Below, piece after piece: positions 1 to 11,965 of a DNA stretch of 64,000 nucleotides. Each line of letters begins with the position of its first letter. Position 1 is the first letter of the stretch. Made by a program: the position numbers and the translations under genes. The stretch comes from Octopus sinensis (Eukaryota), in NCBI RefSeq assembly GCF_006345805.1, contig NC_043004.1, forward strand, positions 34,286,001-34,350,000. Reading direction: 5' to 3'. The notes below the pieces were generated by a model, which saw only the letters and a program-made list of their open reading frames with translations, was not told where the DNA came from and made no database searches.

Positions 1-239
1 TATAAAGCTGCTGTAGGTACAGTAATAACATTAAATTACAATAATAACAGGATAATCTACATACAATAGCAACAGAATATATTATTATATTTTATTATAT
101 TATAAGTAATACCATAGCATAAAAATATCGCATAATAAAGTCAGTAGATAGATATATTGATTTTTAAGAATAATACAAGGCCATAATGTTCTGTGGGAGG
201 GTATAATTGATTAAATCAACCCCCAGCAATTGGCTAGTA

Positions 240-278
240 CTCACATGTATATGTATATGTATGTGTGTGTATACATAT

Positions 279-311
<33 letters not shown>

Positions 312-323
312 CACGCACACTCA

Positions 324-385
<62 letters not shown>

Positions 386-620
386 TATGTATATGTATAT
401 GTATATATGTATGTACATATACATATATATATATATATATATGTATGTATATATCATCATCATCATCATCGTTTAATGATGATATATAATTACATATATA
501 TATGTACATACATATATGTATATATATGTGTATATATATATATATGTGTGTGTGTATGTATACACACACATACATACACACACATGTATGTATGTATGTA
601 TATAATTCAATACATATTTT
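240..620. repeat. Compound microsatellite (TA)n/(GA)n/(TATG)n/(CAT)n
   Basis: Directly visible di-, tri- and tetranucleotide runs; explains the YI/CV-rich ORFs here. Confidence 0.95.
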
Positions 621-718
621 CTTAATCTGAAACAAATGTACTTTAACAGAACTTGAGAAAATAAAATATATTATATATTTACGCAAATAACACAGACACA
701 AATACACACACACATATG

Positions 719-721
719 CAT

Positions 722-765
<44 letters not shown>

Positions 766-960
766 TGTCATCACTGTTTTAACTTCTACTTTTCCATGTT
801 TGCATGGGTCAAATGAGACCCATGGTATGAAACCCAAGCTAGAGTATTTGTACAGCTGGATGCTTTTCCTGATGCCAACCCTAACCTGTTTCCAAAAAGC
901 ATAATAATCCTGCAGTCTATCAAACAATGACCAATGTTGCCATGGTTATGAGGAGGAGTG
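719..960 (-). mobile_element. SINE-B (RTE-tailed non-autonomous element), diverged
   Basis: (CAT)n tail followed by ttccatgtttgcatgggt ... tacagctggatgcttttcctgatgccaacc, the family B signature. Confidence 0.7.
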
Positions 961-1274
961 GAAACACACAATAGCCTTTGTATGAATGGTGAAGTTTTTT
1001 TTAATTTTTACAAAAATTGTAAAACATATCAAGAATTTTCTGCATGCTTTTGTGGTGGACTGTAAGCAAGTGCCACTGTTTATGGGAGGATTGTGCATAC
1101 AGTCAATGAACACACAGGAAGATGAGGAGAAATACATTCTCACTCACGCAAACATAATCTCACATGTACGTGCACACATGCACACATACAGCCACACAAA
1201 CACATAGTATATATATTACAGACCTCTTCAGATTCCATCTTCTATAGTGTGTGTATATGTGTTTAAAAGAATTT

Positions 1275-1677
1275 TTTTTATTCGTTTCAGTCAACTGACT
1301 GTGGCCATGCTGGAGTACCGCCTTTAGTCAAACAAATCAACCCTAGAACTTATTCTTTGTAAGCCTAGTACTTATTCTATAGGCCTCTTTGCTGAACCGC
1401 TAAGTTACGGGGACATAAACACACCAGCATCAGTTGTCAAGTGATGTTGGGGTGGGGGTGTGGGGGGCAAACACAGACATACAAACACACACATATATAC
1501 ATATATATAGATATGACAGGCTTCTTTTAGTTTCTATCCCACCAAATCCACTCACAAGGCTTCGGTTGGCCTGAGGCTATAGTAGAAGACACTTGCCCAA
1601 GGTGCCACACAGTGGGACTGAACTCAGAACCATGTGGCTGGTAAGCAAGCTACTTACTACACAGCCATGCCAGCGTC
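1275..1677 (-). mobile_element. SINE-A (tRNA head, CORE-like segment)
   Basis: gtggccatgctggagtaccgcc ... gaagacacttgcccaaggtgccacacagtgggactgaac; matches 28304-28710 and 41868-42278. Confidence 0.9.
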
Positions 1678-1710
1678 TAAGGATAACATATATATACATA
1701 TATATATTTT

Positions 1711-1904
1711 TATATTAGAAGAAATGAGGTACTCAGAAATCTGGGTGGTTTTATATTTACAGATATTTATTAATATGTCACATGTTTTTATAAATCATAT
1801 ATCATATATTAGTGCTTTTGCCCACTCTAGTGGAGTCTTCAAATGGAAGATTCTGTAAATATAAAATCATCCAGATTTCTGAGTACCTCATTTCTTCTAA
1901 TATA
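1711..1904. repeat. Inverted-repeat element, 53-bp arms, next to a TA tract
   Basis: 1711-1763 is the reverse complement of 1852-1904 with 2 mismatches; spacer about 88 nt. Confidence 0.9.
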
Positions 1905-1907
1905 TAA

Positions 1908-2293
1908 CTAGCAGTATCGCCCGGCGTTGCTCAGGTTTGTAAGGGAAATAACTATAAAGCATTTTTAGAGAGTTATAGCCAAAAAATAGCAAAAAAATGG
2001 AAAAAAATGATGGTAAATTTTTTTTTGAGAGTTAAAAAAGGTGGAGTTGCGTCCCCTAGACGGTCTGTGGTTTGGGTTTCTGATTGTCGACCCCATGTCG
2101 AATTTATCGATTTTTTTCAGAACTGGGGGAACTTTTCAAAATTTTCGCTGCGTTAGTTTTGAATTATGACATTGGGCTATGTGTGTGTCAAGTTTCATCA
2201 GAATCGGTTGAAAGCCGTGGTCAGAGTGAGGGTACGAGAAAACAGACACACAGAAAACGCACAGACAAACTGCCGTTTATATAGAGAGAGAGA
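1908..2293 (-). mobile_element. Non-autonomous Helitron
   Basis: On the minus strand it begins TC after A and ends CTAG before T; subterminal GC-rich hairpin (cccggcgttgctcagg on plus); both ends resemble 61862-62740. Confidence 0.65.
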
Positions 2294-3087
2294 TACCTGT
2301 ACATCATCTTCAAACCTTCTAATATATATATATATATCATCTGGGTAATAACCTTGTAATGTGCATTTCAAAGATTCTATACAGTTATCAGCTACCATAT
2401 GCCATCATACATCAGGATTACTCCTTTTATTGGATATACATGTGGAAATCCATTAGTCTATGCAGAATTTATATTAAAATTTTAAAATTTATGAAGCAAA
2501 AGGATGAAATAAACAAGTTTTAATCACAAATCACAACAATTGTTTCTGTGCCATGGTAACAGCTGTGAGTTGTTGGGTTTTCCATATCATGCTATTGTAT
2601 GAATAGCACTGCTCACTCGTGTTCAGTTTGCTACCATTTTATATTCCTTTGTATTATTAACATTCTCATTATTCTGTGTAACTTATACATTCATATAGAC
2701 GTAAGTCATCAAAATACAAAATAAAAAACAAAAGCAAAATAACAACAGTAAAAATTTTTAAAAATATAAATTACAAAACAAACAGACCAAAATTAGTTAA
2801 ATGGAAATATAAATCAAAGCATAAATACGAATCCGATCTAAAATCCTGTCTTTTTTTTTATTCTATCATAAATTTGTTTCTTCTTTTAAAAGATAGATTA
2901 ACACTTTGATATCTCAGGATATAGACTAGACATATCCATTATCTCTCCTGTCTGTAAATGTTTCTCTTCAAAGGATTTGTGGTCATCACATTATTCTGGT
3001 TGGATAACCACTTGTCTACCAGTCCACTAGTAAAACTTAATTTCAGTTGTGCTGTTACCTATCATGGTTGTTCAGTCAGTCATTAAG

Positions 3088-3645
3088 ATGCCTGTCTCAC
3101 AGGAAAAGATTTAGCTGCCAGGTGGCACTGTCTAAGATGCACACGAAGTAATGAACCTTTGCTGCATGCATTATGCAGTGTGCAAGCATTGTTGAGTTGT
3201 GTAGAAATCTTGAACAGGTGTTATTGCATGTCAGAGGAATCTGACTATTGGTTGAAGCCAGTGTGAAGATTGCCTCACTGCTCACCTTTAACAAAGCAAA
3301 GCAGGTAGTGTTCCTCTGTCTTGTGGATTTGGCCAAAGAGATTGTGTGGTGGACGAGGCTGAAACAATTGAGAAAAGACATCTTCCCCTTTCAAGCCCTC
3401 ATCCACTTTGTAAAGTTTTATTTGGAAAGAAAGGTATGGGTGGAGAGGCAAGTGCTACCTCCTTGTGAATTTGTGAAAAGATGGGTGACTGTGAGAGAAA
3501 TGGATAGGGTGAATAGGCTGTAAATTGGAGAACAACAGGAGCCATGCTTTTAGTGGTCAGGGTAATCCTGGATTTGTGAGGTTCGTTAGTTGGCTCCAGT
3601 TAGAGTTTCTCCCGTATCTGGAGGACTGCATCATTTATGTTAACA
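3088..3645 (+). mobile_element. L1/Tx1-clade LINE, decayed 3' end of ORF2
   Basis: C-x2-C-x8-H-x4-C knuckle (CLRCTRSNEPLLHA..QC, across a frameshift) then VVFLCLVDLAKEIVWWTRLK...FVKRWV, then stop and 3' UTR. Confidence 0.7.
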
Positions 3646-3666
3646 CAAACTTTGTATGCTATTCTT

Positions 3667-4037
3667 GTATTCTTTTACTTGTTTCGGTCATTTGACTGCG
3701 GCCATGCTGGAGCACTGCTTCTTGTTGAACAAGTCAACCCTAGGACTTATTCTTTGTAAGCCCAGAACTTATTCTATCAGTCTCTTTTGCCAAACCTCTA
3801 AGTTATGGGGATGTAAACACACCAACATCGGTTGTCAAGTGATAGTGAGGGGACAAACACAGACACACAAACACACACACACACACATATGATGGGCTCC
3901 TTTCAGTTTGTGTCTACCAAATCTACTCACAAGGCTTTGGTCAACCCAAGACACTTGTCCAAGGTGCCACACAGTGGGACTGAACTCAGAACCATGAAGG
4001 TTGGTAAGCAAGCTACTTACCACACAGCCACTCCTAT
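3667..4037 (-). mobile_element. SINE-A
   Basis: Family A body and head on the minus strand with internal (CA)n. Confidence 0.9.
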
Positions 4038-4767
4038 ATTTTTATCACATTTCACCTGCTTTTCCATTTCTTTCTCCTCATCTTTTATGTAAGCGCCTAT
4101 ACAGTTTAAAGACTGTCCTTGTGTGATGTCCCCCTCATCTATGTCTCTGTAGCTAATAAAAGAAATTATCATCATCATCATCATCATCATCATCACTACC
4201 ACCACCACCACCGTCGTCGTCGTCGTCGTTGTTGTTGTTGTTATAACAACTTGTCAGCAAGTGGGTGGCCTTCTCAAATAAATATTAAAATAACAATGAA
4301 AAAGTGAAACACATTTAAACCTCATTATCTTTTTTTTTCCATTTTTTTTTTTTTTGTACAGGTGTTATCGAGTATTATTCTCTTACTAGTGCACCCATGC
4401 TGTCCATAGTGACAGCAAATATGCTGATTTTAAGTATATTGAAAATGATAAGAAGGTGAAAATACAGAAAACTACTTTATTTTTAAATGTTTATACATTG
4501 AAATAGACTTTGCATTCGACAATCTTAAAAACAACTTCAGTTTAATAATTGCTTTAAAAGCATACAAACTGAAAATTTAACCAATTCCAAAGATATAATC
4601 ATGCAATAATGCTGAACAAGCAGTGGGTTTGCTGATACTGTTTCTTTTAATAATTCTTTTGGTGTTATGTTTTTAGTGAAAGTATTTTTCTCAAAAAATT
4701 TTTCTTGGTTGTACTTAGCTTTTAAGAACTGTTTCAAAAGAAGTTATTTTTAGCTCTTTTGAATGTC

Positions 4768-4997
4768 TTAACCCTTTTTGTTACCAACCTGGCTGAAACT
4801 GGCTCTGGCTCTGAGTACAAATGTTTTGTTTTCATATGTTTTGAATTAAAATCTTCCATCGAACCTTAGTCACAGTTTATGTTCCTAACACTAGCTTAAT
4901 GATAACTAAGTTATTTTACTAAATTCTTTGTTATGTTTAAAATTAATTGAGAGAAACACAGAGCATCTCAACAGAAATACAGTAATGAAAATGTTAA
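4768..4997. mobile_element. piggyBac-type MITE
   Basis: TTAA at both ends (4768-4771, 4994-4997); left end TTAACCCTTTTTGTTACC, right end degenerate inverse GTAATGAAAATGTTAA. Confidence 0.65.
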
Positions 4998-5334
4998 AGA
5001 GATTTTTGTGAGATAAGTCAGGAGAAGGGAGGAATGTTCCTGGAGAATTGAACTGTACTCTGACCATGTAATTCCTTAAATGGTCCATGCAAATGCAAGA
5101 ATAACAGGAAAGTGTTGTCTGCTTAAGGATGGACCTACAATTAATGGATATTAAATTTTATCTTGAGATGGCTACCTCCTGTCATAATTTCTTACTACCA
5201 GCCTGTATTTACGCAAGGAGATTGAAATCATTAATAAATTTTATTAATTAGCAACCCTCTTCTTTGGTCAGCATTGCATAATACATTGATAACTCTAACC
5301 GATATCTACTTTTGATATGGGAGAAAATAAAGGC

Positions 5335-5560
5335 TGCAAAAACTGGCAGAATGGTTATCATGCCAGACAACATGCTTTGTGGCATTTCATTTATCTCTAT
5401 ATTTTGAGTTCAAATTCTGCCAAGGTTGACTTCGCCTTCCATCCTTTTGGATCAATGAGAGGTAAGTGAGCTTTGGGCTTGATTAACTGACTTAACCCCC
5501 ACCCCCACTCCCACCCCACCCTGAAATTGCTGATCTTGTGCCAAAATTTGAAACCAATAT
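5335..5560 (+). mobile_element. SINE-C, diverged
   Basis: ctggcagaat...gagttcaaattctgccaaggttgacttcgccttccatcc, similar to 18173-18402. Confidence 0.65.
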
Positions 5561-5870
5561 CTGTGAAACCATTCTTGCGGGGAGGTTAATGTATTTTTAA
5601 AAATCACCAGGAAAATCTGTCATTATTTCTGTTTTCCGTTTCTTCATCTGCAGCATCAATGCTATCATGTTTTTCTAACTACTTACATTTGTTGCATTAA
5701 GTAAGATTACTTAAAAACTCCGTTGAGAGAACAATATATCAATTTGTATTTTATGACTTGCCCAAGATTCATAAACTGTTTTCACTATTTTATCCTTTTC
5801 AGCCTTGTAAACTTCAGTAAATTACATTATTTACATTTGACAGATACTTGTCCTCATCTTGTTTGTTGTT

Positions 5871-5916
5871 AACACAATGTTTCAGCTGATATACCCTCCA
5901 GCCTTCATCAGGTGTC
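5871..5916 (-). ncRNA. Minimal type I hammerhead ribozyme motif, family 1
   Basis: GACAC-CUGAUGA-A-GGCUG(10 nt)CAGCU-GAAAC-AUU-GUGUU; core intact, stem III C-A mismatch. Confidence 0.7.
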
Positions 5917-5963
5917 TTGGAGAAATTTCGAACCCGTGTTCTCATTCCTAAGGTATTTTTCCA

Positions 5964-5994
<31 letters not shown>

Positions 5995-6071
5995 GTTATT
6001 CAGGTCACTGGAATCGAACTCAGAATCCTGGGGTTAGTAGCCCACATTCTTAACCACTATACCATATACCC

Positions 6072-6143
6072 ATGGTGTAGTGGTTAAGAGCATGGGCTAC
6101 TAACCCCAAGATTCCAAGTCCGATTTCAGGCAGTGACCTGAAC
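6072..6143 (+). promoter_or_regulatory. tRNA-derived Pol III internal promoter (SINE-type head); mirror copy at 5998-6065 on minus
   Basis: A box TGGTGTAGTGG; B box GAGTTCGATTCC in the mirror copy; anticodon-like loop GGG-CTACTAA-CCC; no acceptor stem, so not a tRNA gene. Confidence 0.7.
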
Positions 6144-6153
6144 AATAATAATG

Positions 6154-6188
<35 letters not shown>

Positions 6189-6200
6189 AATAATAATAAT

Positions 6201-6551
6201 CACGAGCAGAAGTAGTGGGGGAGCATCATAGCCATGTGTTGAGAGGGATTCTTTGGGGTTTGAATAATTCACCTCTGGAAACATGGGTGGTTTTTTCAAC
6301 ATCCTTAAACAACCCTTACTCAGGGACCGTTTGAGCGGGATGGGCTACTCAACCTGAAGAAAATTCTAACTGGGCCCCACCTGCAAGGTCATGTGCTGTT
6401 TATCTTGATATGAGATCACCATGTCGCGCACATATGGTTGTGATGCATGTGCCTGGTGTACCCTTATCAGACGGGTAGTCATGATGGGTATATTGGGCTT
6501 CGTATATTTTACCCCAGTGTCACTTTGATGGCATGAACTGCTCTCTCACTC
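6201..6551. mobile_element. 350-bp interspersed element inserted in an (AAT)n tract
   Basis: Flanked by AAT repeats on both sides; absent from the mirror arm; second copy at 47735-47935 in opposite orientation. Confidence 0.8.
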
Positions 6552-6629
6552 AATAATAATAATAATAATAATAATAATACCATGGAAAAATACCTTAGGA
6601 ATGAGAACCCAGGTTCAAAAGCTCCCCAA

Positions 6630-6675
6630 GACACTTGATGAAGGCTGGAAGGTATATCAGCCGAAACGTTGTGTT
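6630..6675 (+). ncRNA. Minimal type I hammerhead ribozyme motif, family 1
   Basis: GACAC-UUGAUGA-A-GGCUG(10 nt)CAGCC-GAAAC-GUU-GUGUU; C3U change, palindromic AACGUU stem III. Confidence 0.7.
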
Positions 6676-7139
6676 AACAACAAACAAGATGAGGACAAAT
6701 ATCCGTCAAATGTAAATAATGTACATAATTCCTCATCTCTTAAAGGTAGAACTGTTTCAGTAGATTAGTTGTTGAACTTTTTTTACTGTTGCTAATATTG
6801 CTTCAGTTTTTTCAATATAGACCTCATAAAATGTCATTGAAAAATTATCGTTAATAATGGACTTCCAATTTATTCTTTACTCAAGATATCTGTTGACACA
6901 CTCATCACTCATCACTCCTCACTCCTCACTTGGTTGTTCTACAGGAGGGAAACTAAAGAGTTACTTCCCTTCCTCTGACATGAAATATATAAATAAACAC
7001 CACTATTTATTCTTTGAATTTGTTACTTGAGTCACGTTTTGGTGTTTTTGAACTTCAGTCATCTTGGTTGTGTCCTTATTGCATCTGTGCTTCTTTTTCT
7101 TGTGAAGCATTGGGATATCTTGTTTCAAATAATTCTTTA

Positions 7140-7310
7140 GATAAGCCTCATTGCACCAACTACACAGTATAAAGTAGTTGGTGTTAGGAGGGGGTGACCT
7201 ACGATAAAAAGCATTCCAGTGTTGGACGATGTCAACTCATCAGATGCTATTAAACCAGTCAACACAGGCCAACAAGGAGGCCACACATTAAATGATGATG
7301 ATGATGATAT
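7140..7310 (+). mobile_element. SINE-B, highly diverged
   Basis: gttggtgttaggaggggg ... acattaaatgatgatgatgat tail. Confidence 0.5.
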
Positions 7311-7630
7311 CTCGCCCTCCCTCTCCACGCACACACATGCTCACAGAAAAATATATGCTTGGCTTAATGTCTGTTTTCATGCTAGCATGGTTTAGATGGA
7401 AGTAAATACCAAGAAAAGATTCTATTACTGTTACCAAACCTCAGCTGTTTTTCAAAGTATAGATTTTTTTTTATCCAGAGGAATGTGAGAGAGCAGAAAT
7501 AATGAACGATTTTGTTGCCAGGAATTATCATCAATATGCATGACTGACCACAGTGCAACCATAAACAATGTTGTCGCAAATGACAATAATAAACGCACAC
7601 ACACAAACACACTCACTCATACTCACACAT

Positions 7631-7691
<61 letters not shown>

Positions 7692-7772
7692 CAGATAGAT
7701 AGATAGAGATAGACAGAGAGAGAGAGAGAGAGAGATCACATAAGTTTGAGTTAACTCCCTTAAGTTGAGATA

Positions 7773-8450
7773 TCATCATCATCATCATCATTATCATCAT
7801 CATCATTTGATGTCTGTTTTCTGTGCTTCCATGGGTTCAAGGGTTCGAAATGAACTGGCAAGACCAGGAGTTACACCAGGGTCCATTGTCTGCTTTGGCA
7901 TAGTTTATAAAGCTGGATGCCCTTCCTAATGCCAACCATTCCGAGAGTGCACTGGGTGCTTTCTATGTAGCACCAGCACCAGCATTTTTGTACATGGCAC
8001 CAGGTCCATTACTTTTTATGTGGCATCAGTACTGGTGCTTTTTATATGGCACCATCACCGAGAGGGTCACCAGGTACCTTGCAAGACAAAACCCCCTCAA
8101 TTGGGAAGCAGGAGTAGTACAGAGGGGTGTACCAGTTGAGAGATTAAAGGTAAGGAGGGACACAGATAAGTGCCTTGCAGTAGAGTAGGTACATGGATCC
8201 CCTGTGGGCAAAGAAAGGAGAGTGATGTGGTGGTGGAGATGATAGCAAAGCTAGGGTATTGATGGAGGAAGATGATGGGAAATAGATGTAGCTTGGGGTG
8301 GGAGAAGAAAAGTAATCGAGATAGCCAGGGGATGTAATATGTGCTTGTTCTGCTCACAGGTGATAGAGAAGTGATGGGTGTTAGGGGATGAAATATGGAG
8401 AGGGAATGGTTGATGGGTGGCATTTCCAAGATGGTTTCTAGGATATCAAC
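7773..8450 (-). mobile_element. Long SINE-B copy with purine-rich (plus-strand) 5' extension
   Basis: (CAT)n tail, gctggatgcccttcctaatgccaacc signature, repeated ggcacca units; extension end uncertain. Confidence 0.7.
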
Positions 8451-9451
8451 TCTGCTGACACAGCTTATATAAGCACACAGTCGTATTTACTGTGTATCTT
8501 TCAGTGTTTCATACTTGAAATGTAACACAAATCAGTATGATTAAACAAGAAGAAACATCTTACATTTGTTTTAAAATTTATATGAAATTATTATATACTT
8601 TGGTTGGCTTTCTAACTGTTCAATAATCAATATTCAATATTCAATATTTATAATCATTTTTCAGCATACGACAGGTTTGATTTACTCAAGTATAAATTTA
8701 TCTGCTAATGTTTTTAAATGATTTCTACCGGGAAAGCAAGCAGGCTTCCTAACAGGCATCTCCACAATCAAAACCCGTCTGTCCCTCTTGTTCTATCTGC
8801 AAAATGTTTTATATTTTGAAGACAAACTGTTAAAGAACCAAGTTTCTCTTGTACTATTTAACTGGCAACATAGCGGGTAAGTGAAAACGAAGAATATTAT
8901 TAGATAGTGGAATGCACAGTGTTGTAAAATATGGCAATCTAAATGCCACAATTTGAACCAACTCACCAAAAACATAGACAGGTAGGTATAAAATAGATAT
9001 ATTTACTTCAATGTGTATTTCAAACTTTTACTGAGGTCGATTATCCTGCACAGATGTTCCACCCCAAAGGTGTATTTACAGTCAAAATTACTATCTCATG
9101 TTCTTCTCACAATCTAAAGTACAAATAAGCAGTTTTATGCAAGTTAAACATATTTAGAATATGTTTAAGTATGATTTGGTTTGACCTGTCCCAGACTTCT
9201 TCAATTATCATTTCTGAATATTGTGATTTCCTTTTAAAGAGTTAATATGGTTCTGAAACACAAATACAAATATACACACAGATATAGTTTGTGTGTGTAC
9301 AAACATAATCAAATATAAAAATATTCCATTACACAAATATGTATCAATTCAATTGTAAAAACATGTGTGTGTGTGTGTGTGTTTGTGTGTATGTGTGTCT
9401 GTATATGTGTGTGTGTGTATATATATATATATGTATATATATGTATATATG

Positions 9452-9504
<53 letters not shown>

Positions 9505-9562
9505 ATACATATATATATGCTATACACACACACCCATATATATATATATATAATGTATATAT

Positions 9563-10002
9563 AAGCCTTTGACAGGAGTCCCTGATCTCTTATCTGGTGG
9601 TCCATGCAGAAACTAGGGATAGACAAGTGGTTGATAAGAGCTGTACAAGCCTTGTACAAGGGTGTTACCAGTAAGGTGAGGGTTGGCAATGACTACAGTG
9701 AAGAATTCAGAGTAGAAGTAGGGGTTCACCAAGGATCAGTGCTCAGCCCCCTCTTGTTCATCAGGCAATAAAAGAGGGATTCAAGACAGGCTGCCCCTGC
9801 GAGCTCCTCTATGCTGGTGATCTTGATCTTATAGCTGAATCACTACCAGAACTAGAGAAGTTCCAGGTATGGAAGCAAGGTCTAGAATCAAAAGGCCTTA
9901 GATTTAACCTAGTAAAAACCAAAATCTTCGCAAGTAGGAAGGCAGACAACTCATAAACCCCTTCAGGTAGATGGCCCTGCAGGATCTGTAGAAAAGGTGT
10001 AG
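9563..10002 (+). mobile_element. RTE-clade LINE reverse transcriptase fragment, disrupted
   Basis: KAFDR..LIWWSMQKLG...EVGVHQGSVLSPLLFI...ELLYAGDL (YADD-like)...KGLRFNLVKTKI...WPCRICRKGV, with frameshifts. Confidence 0.9.
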
Positions 10003-10185
10003 TTGTCTAGTAGTAGCAGAGGACAAATACACACGCACACACACATGATGAGCTTCTTTCAGTTTCCATCGACTAAATCCACTCACAAGGATCACCCAAG
10101 GTTATAGTCGAAGACACTTGCCCAAGATGCTACACAATGGTATTGAACCCAGAACCTTGCGACTGGCAAATAAACTTCTTATAGA
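10002..10185 (-). mobile_element. SINE-A, 5' half
   Basis: gaagacacttgcccaagatgc...attgaacccagaacc. Confidence 0.8.
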
Positions 10186-11659
10186 TACACAGACCCACAT
10201 GTACACATAATGCCTTGATAGGTTGGGTTACAAGTTGCAGGTTAAGATACTGTTCAAGACTGAACACTTCTATTGATTTTGCTCAACCCAGATTCACACC
10301 TACTTTGGTGAGTTACTAAAACAATGTTGGAGCTACCATTGGCTCCTTTTCTTTCTTTTCAGTCAATCATTAAAATTTTTAGAGAACTTAAGTGAAATCT
10401 GCTTCATCATTTTCTTAAATATTTTGATTCACATCATATTATTATGTTGCACACTTTTGGTAAAACAAATCACGGAGGCACTTTGATTACCATAGAATTA
10501 AATGATTTGAGACAGTAATTTACCAATCGAGTTCATAAAAGTAATGCATAAATTAAGAGGGGGCAATAATAACTTTTACTTCCCGTTAAAATTGGTGGCG
10601 TTATTGATTTATTTATTGTTGATGATTACATCATACAATAGCTGCTACAGCACAACCAGTTACCTTGCCACATGAGCTGAAGAAATCATTCAAGCAATCA
10701 TGACATGTACACATTAATATTTTAAAATATTTTCTTCATAAATTCAATGTAAAATTTCAATATCATTTAGAATTAATTTTAAACTGAAAATATTTTGGTA
10801 ATTATAAATAATTAATATATTGTAATGACATTCGCATCTGCTATGGAATAATTGAATCCAAGAGTGAACCACTGATGAGCAAGCACTGTCGGTAACAAAT
10901 TTGTTTAGCAAGTTAGCTGTTGGGATAGGCTTTACTAGTGATGGTGTGATAGGTATCTGTTAATAAATTTTAATTCAAGCTCTAACATGCTATCTTAAAG
11001 AGAGCAAAGTGATTTAATTTTTCAATATAACCTTCTTTAAGATGGTACGGTGTTATCTGATGGAGATTTGGATTTTGTTTCCAATATGTTGAATGACCAT
11101 GTAGTAGATCCCTTATAGAATAATGTGAGCCAAAAGTTATTTAGTCATGTTTTGGAGTTTCTGAAAATAAATCAGGATAAATCCCAAGCCATAGCCTTTT
11201 ATATCTTGAACAAGTGATCGAAGTATGATAAAAGATTAGGCAGTTTTCCAGTTGGGTGAGGTAAATAAAACCCATTTACAATAAAGCTTCAAGAAAAGTG
11301 GACTATTTTGAAATATAAGCTCACAAAACTGGTTTAACAAAGCATGGATTCTCAGGTACGCACGCATGCAAGCAAACATACATACACACAAGCAGAGGGA
11401 AAAAAATAGAGTTGCAATAAAAATAAAATTTGCCACAAATTATCAAAGCAGTTTTTTCTCAATAACAACACAAGAATTGCTGTTAGCAAAATTTGATGGC
11501 TGTCATGTGAGTGTAAGTGGTTCTGATGATTATTAAGAAAACATTATTATCAAAGGAATTCTTTGATCTTCTGTTACAGTTATTTTGGAATAATAAAAAA
11601 AAATATATAGGACACTTCTAAAAATATTTTGTTGCTCCATTCTGACTGAATATAGTTTG

Positions 11660-11965
11660 AATTCATAAATCACAATAATTCATAAGTCATAATAATAATA
11701 ATTTGCAAGTCATAATAATGATTCATAAGTCATAATAATAATAATTTGCAAGTCATAATAATGATTCATAAGTCATAATTGTAATTCATAAGTCATAGTA
11801 ATAATTCATGTCATAATAATTCCTAAGTCATAAAAATAATTTGTAAGTCATAATAATAATTCTTAAGTCATCATCGTAATTCATAAGTCATGGTAATAAT
11901 TCATAAGTCATAATTCATAAGACATAATTATAATTCATGTCATAATAATCCATGAATAATAATCA
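11660..11965. repeat. AT-rich minisatellite, ~21-bp unit (aataattcataagtcat core)
   Basis: About 15 degenerate copies of the aagtcata core. Confidence 0.9.

Larger units (their letters stand above)
5822..6754. mobile_element. Head-to-head pair of tRNA-headed, hammerhead-tailed elements (Penelope-like inverted insertion)
   Basis: 5822-6065 is the reverse complement of 6072-6200 plus 6552-6722; each arm = A/B-box head, (AAT)n linker, HHR-containing body; right arm has an extra ~33-nt tail. Confidence 0.85.

Noticed and set aside
4362-4455. Possible 94-nt exon (strong polypyrimidine acceptor, aag/gtgaaa donor, one open frame GVIEYYSLTSAPMLS...)
   Set aside because: No recognisable protein and no compatible neighbouring exons; needs RNA-seq
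5998-6143. tRNA genes
   Set aside because: Acceptor stem missing and heads are fused to repeat bodies; SINE-type heads only
7225-7255. CUGAUGA with a hairpin on minus strand
   Set aside because: No GAAA or stem III; lies within a diverged SINE-B
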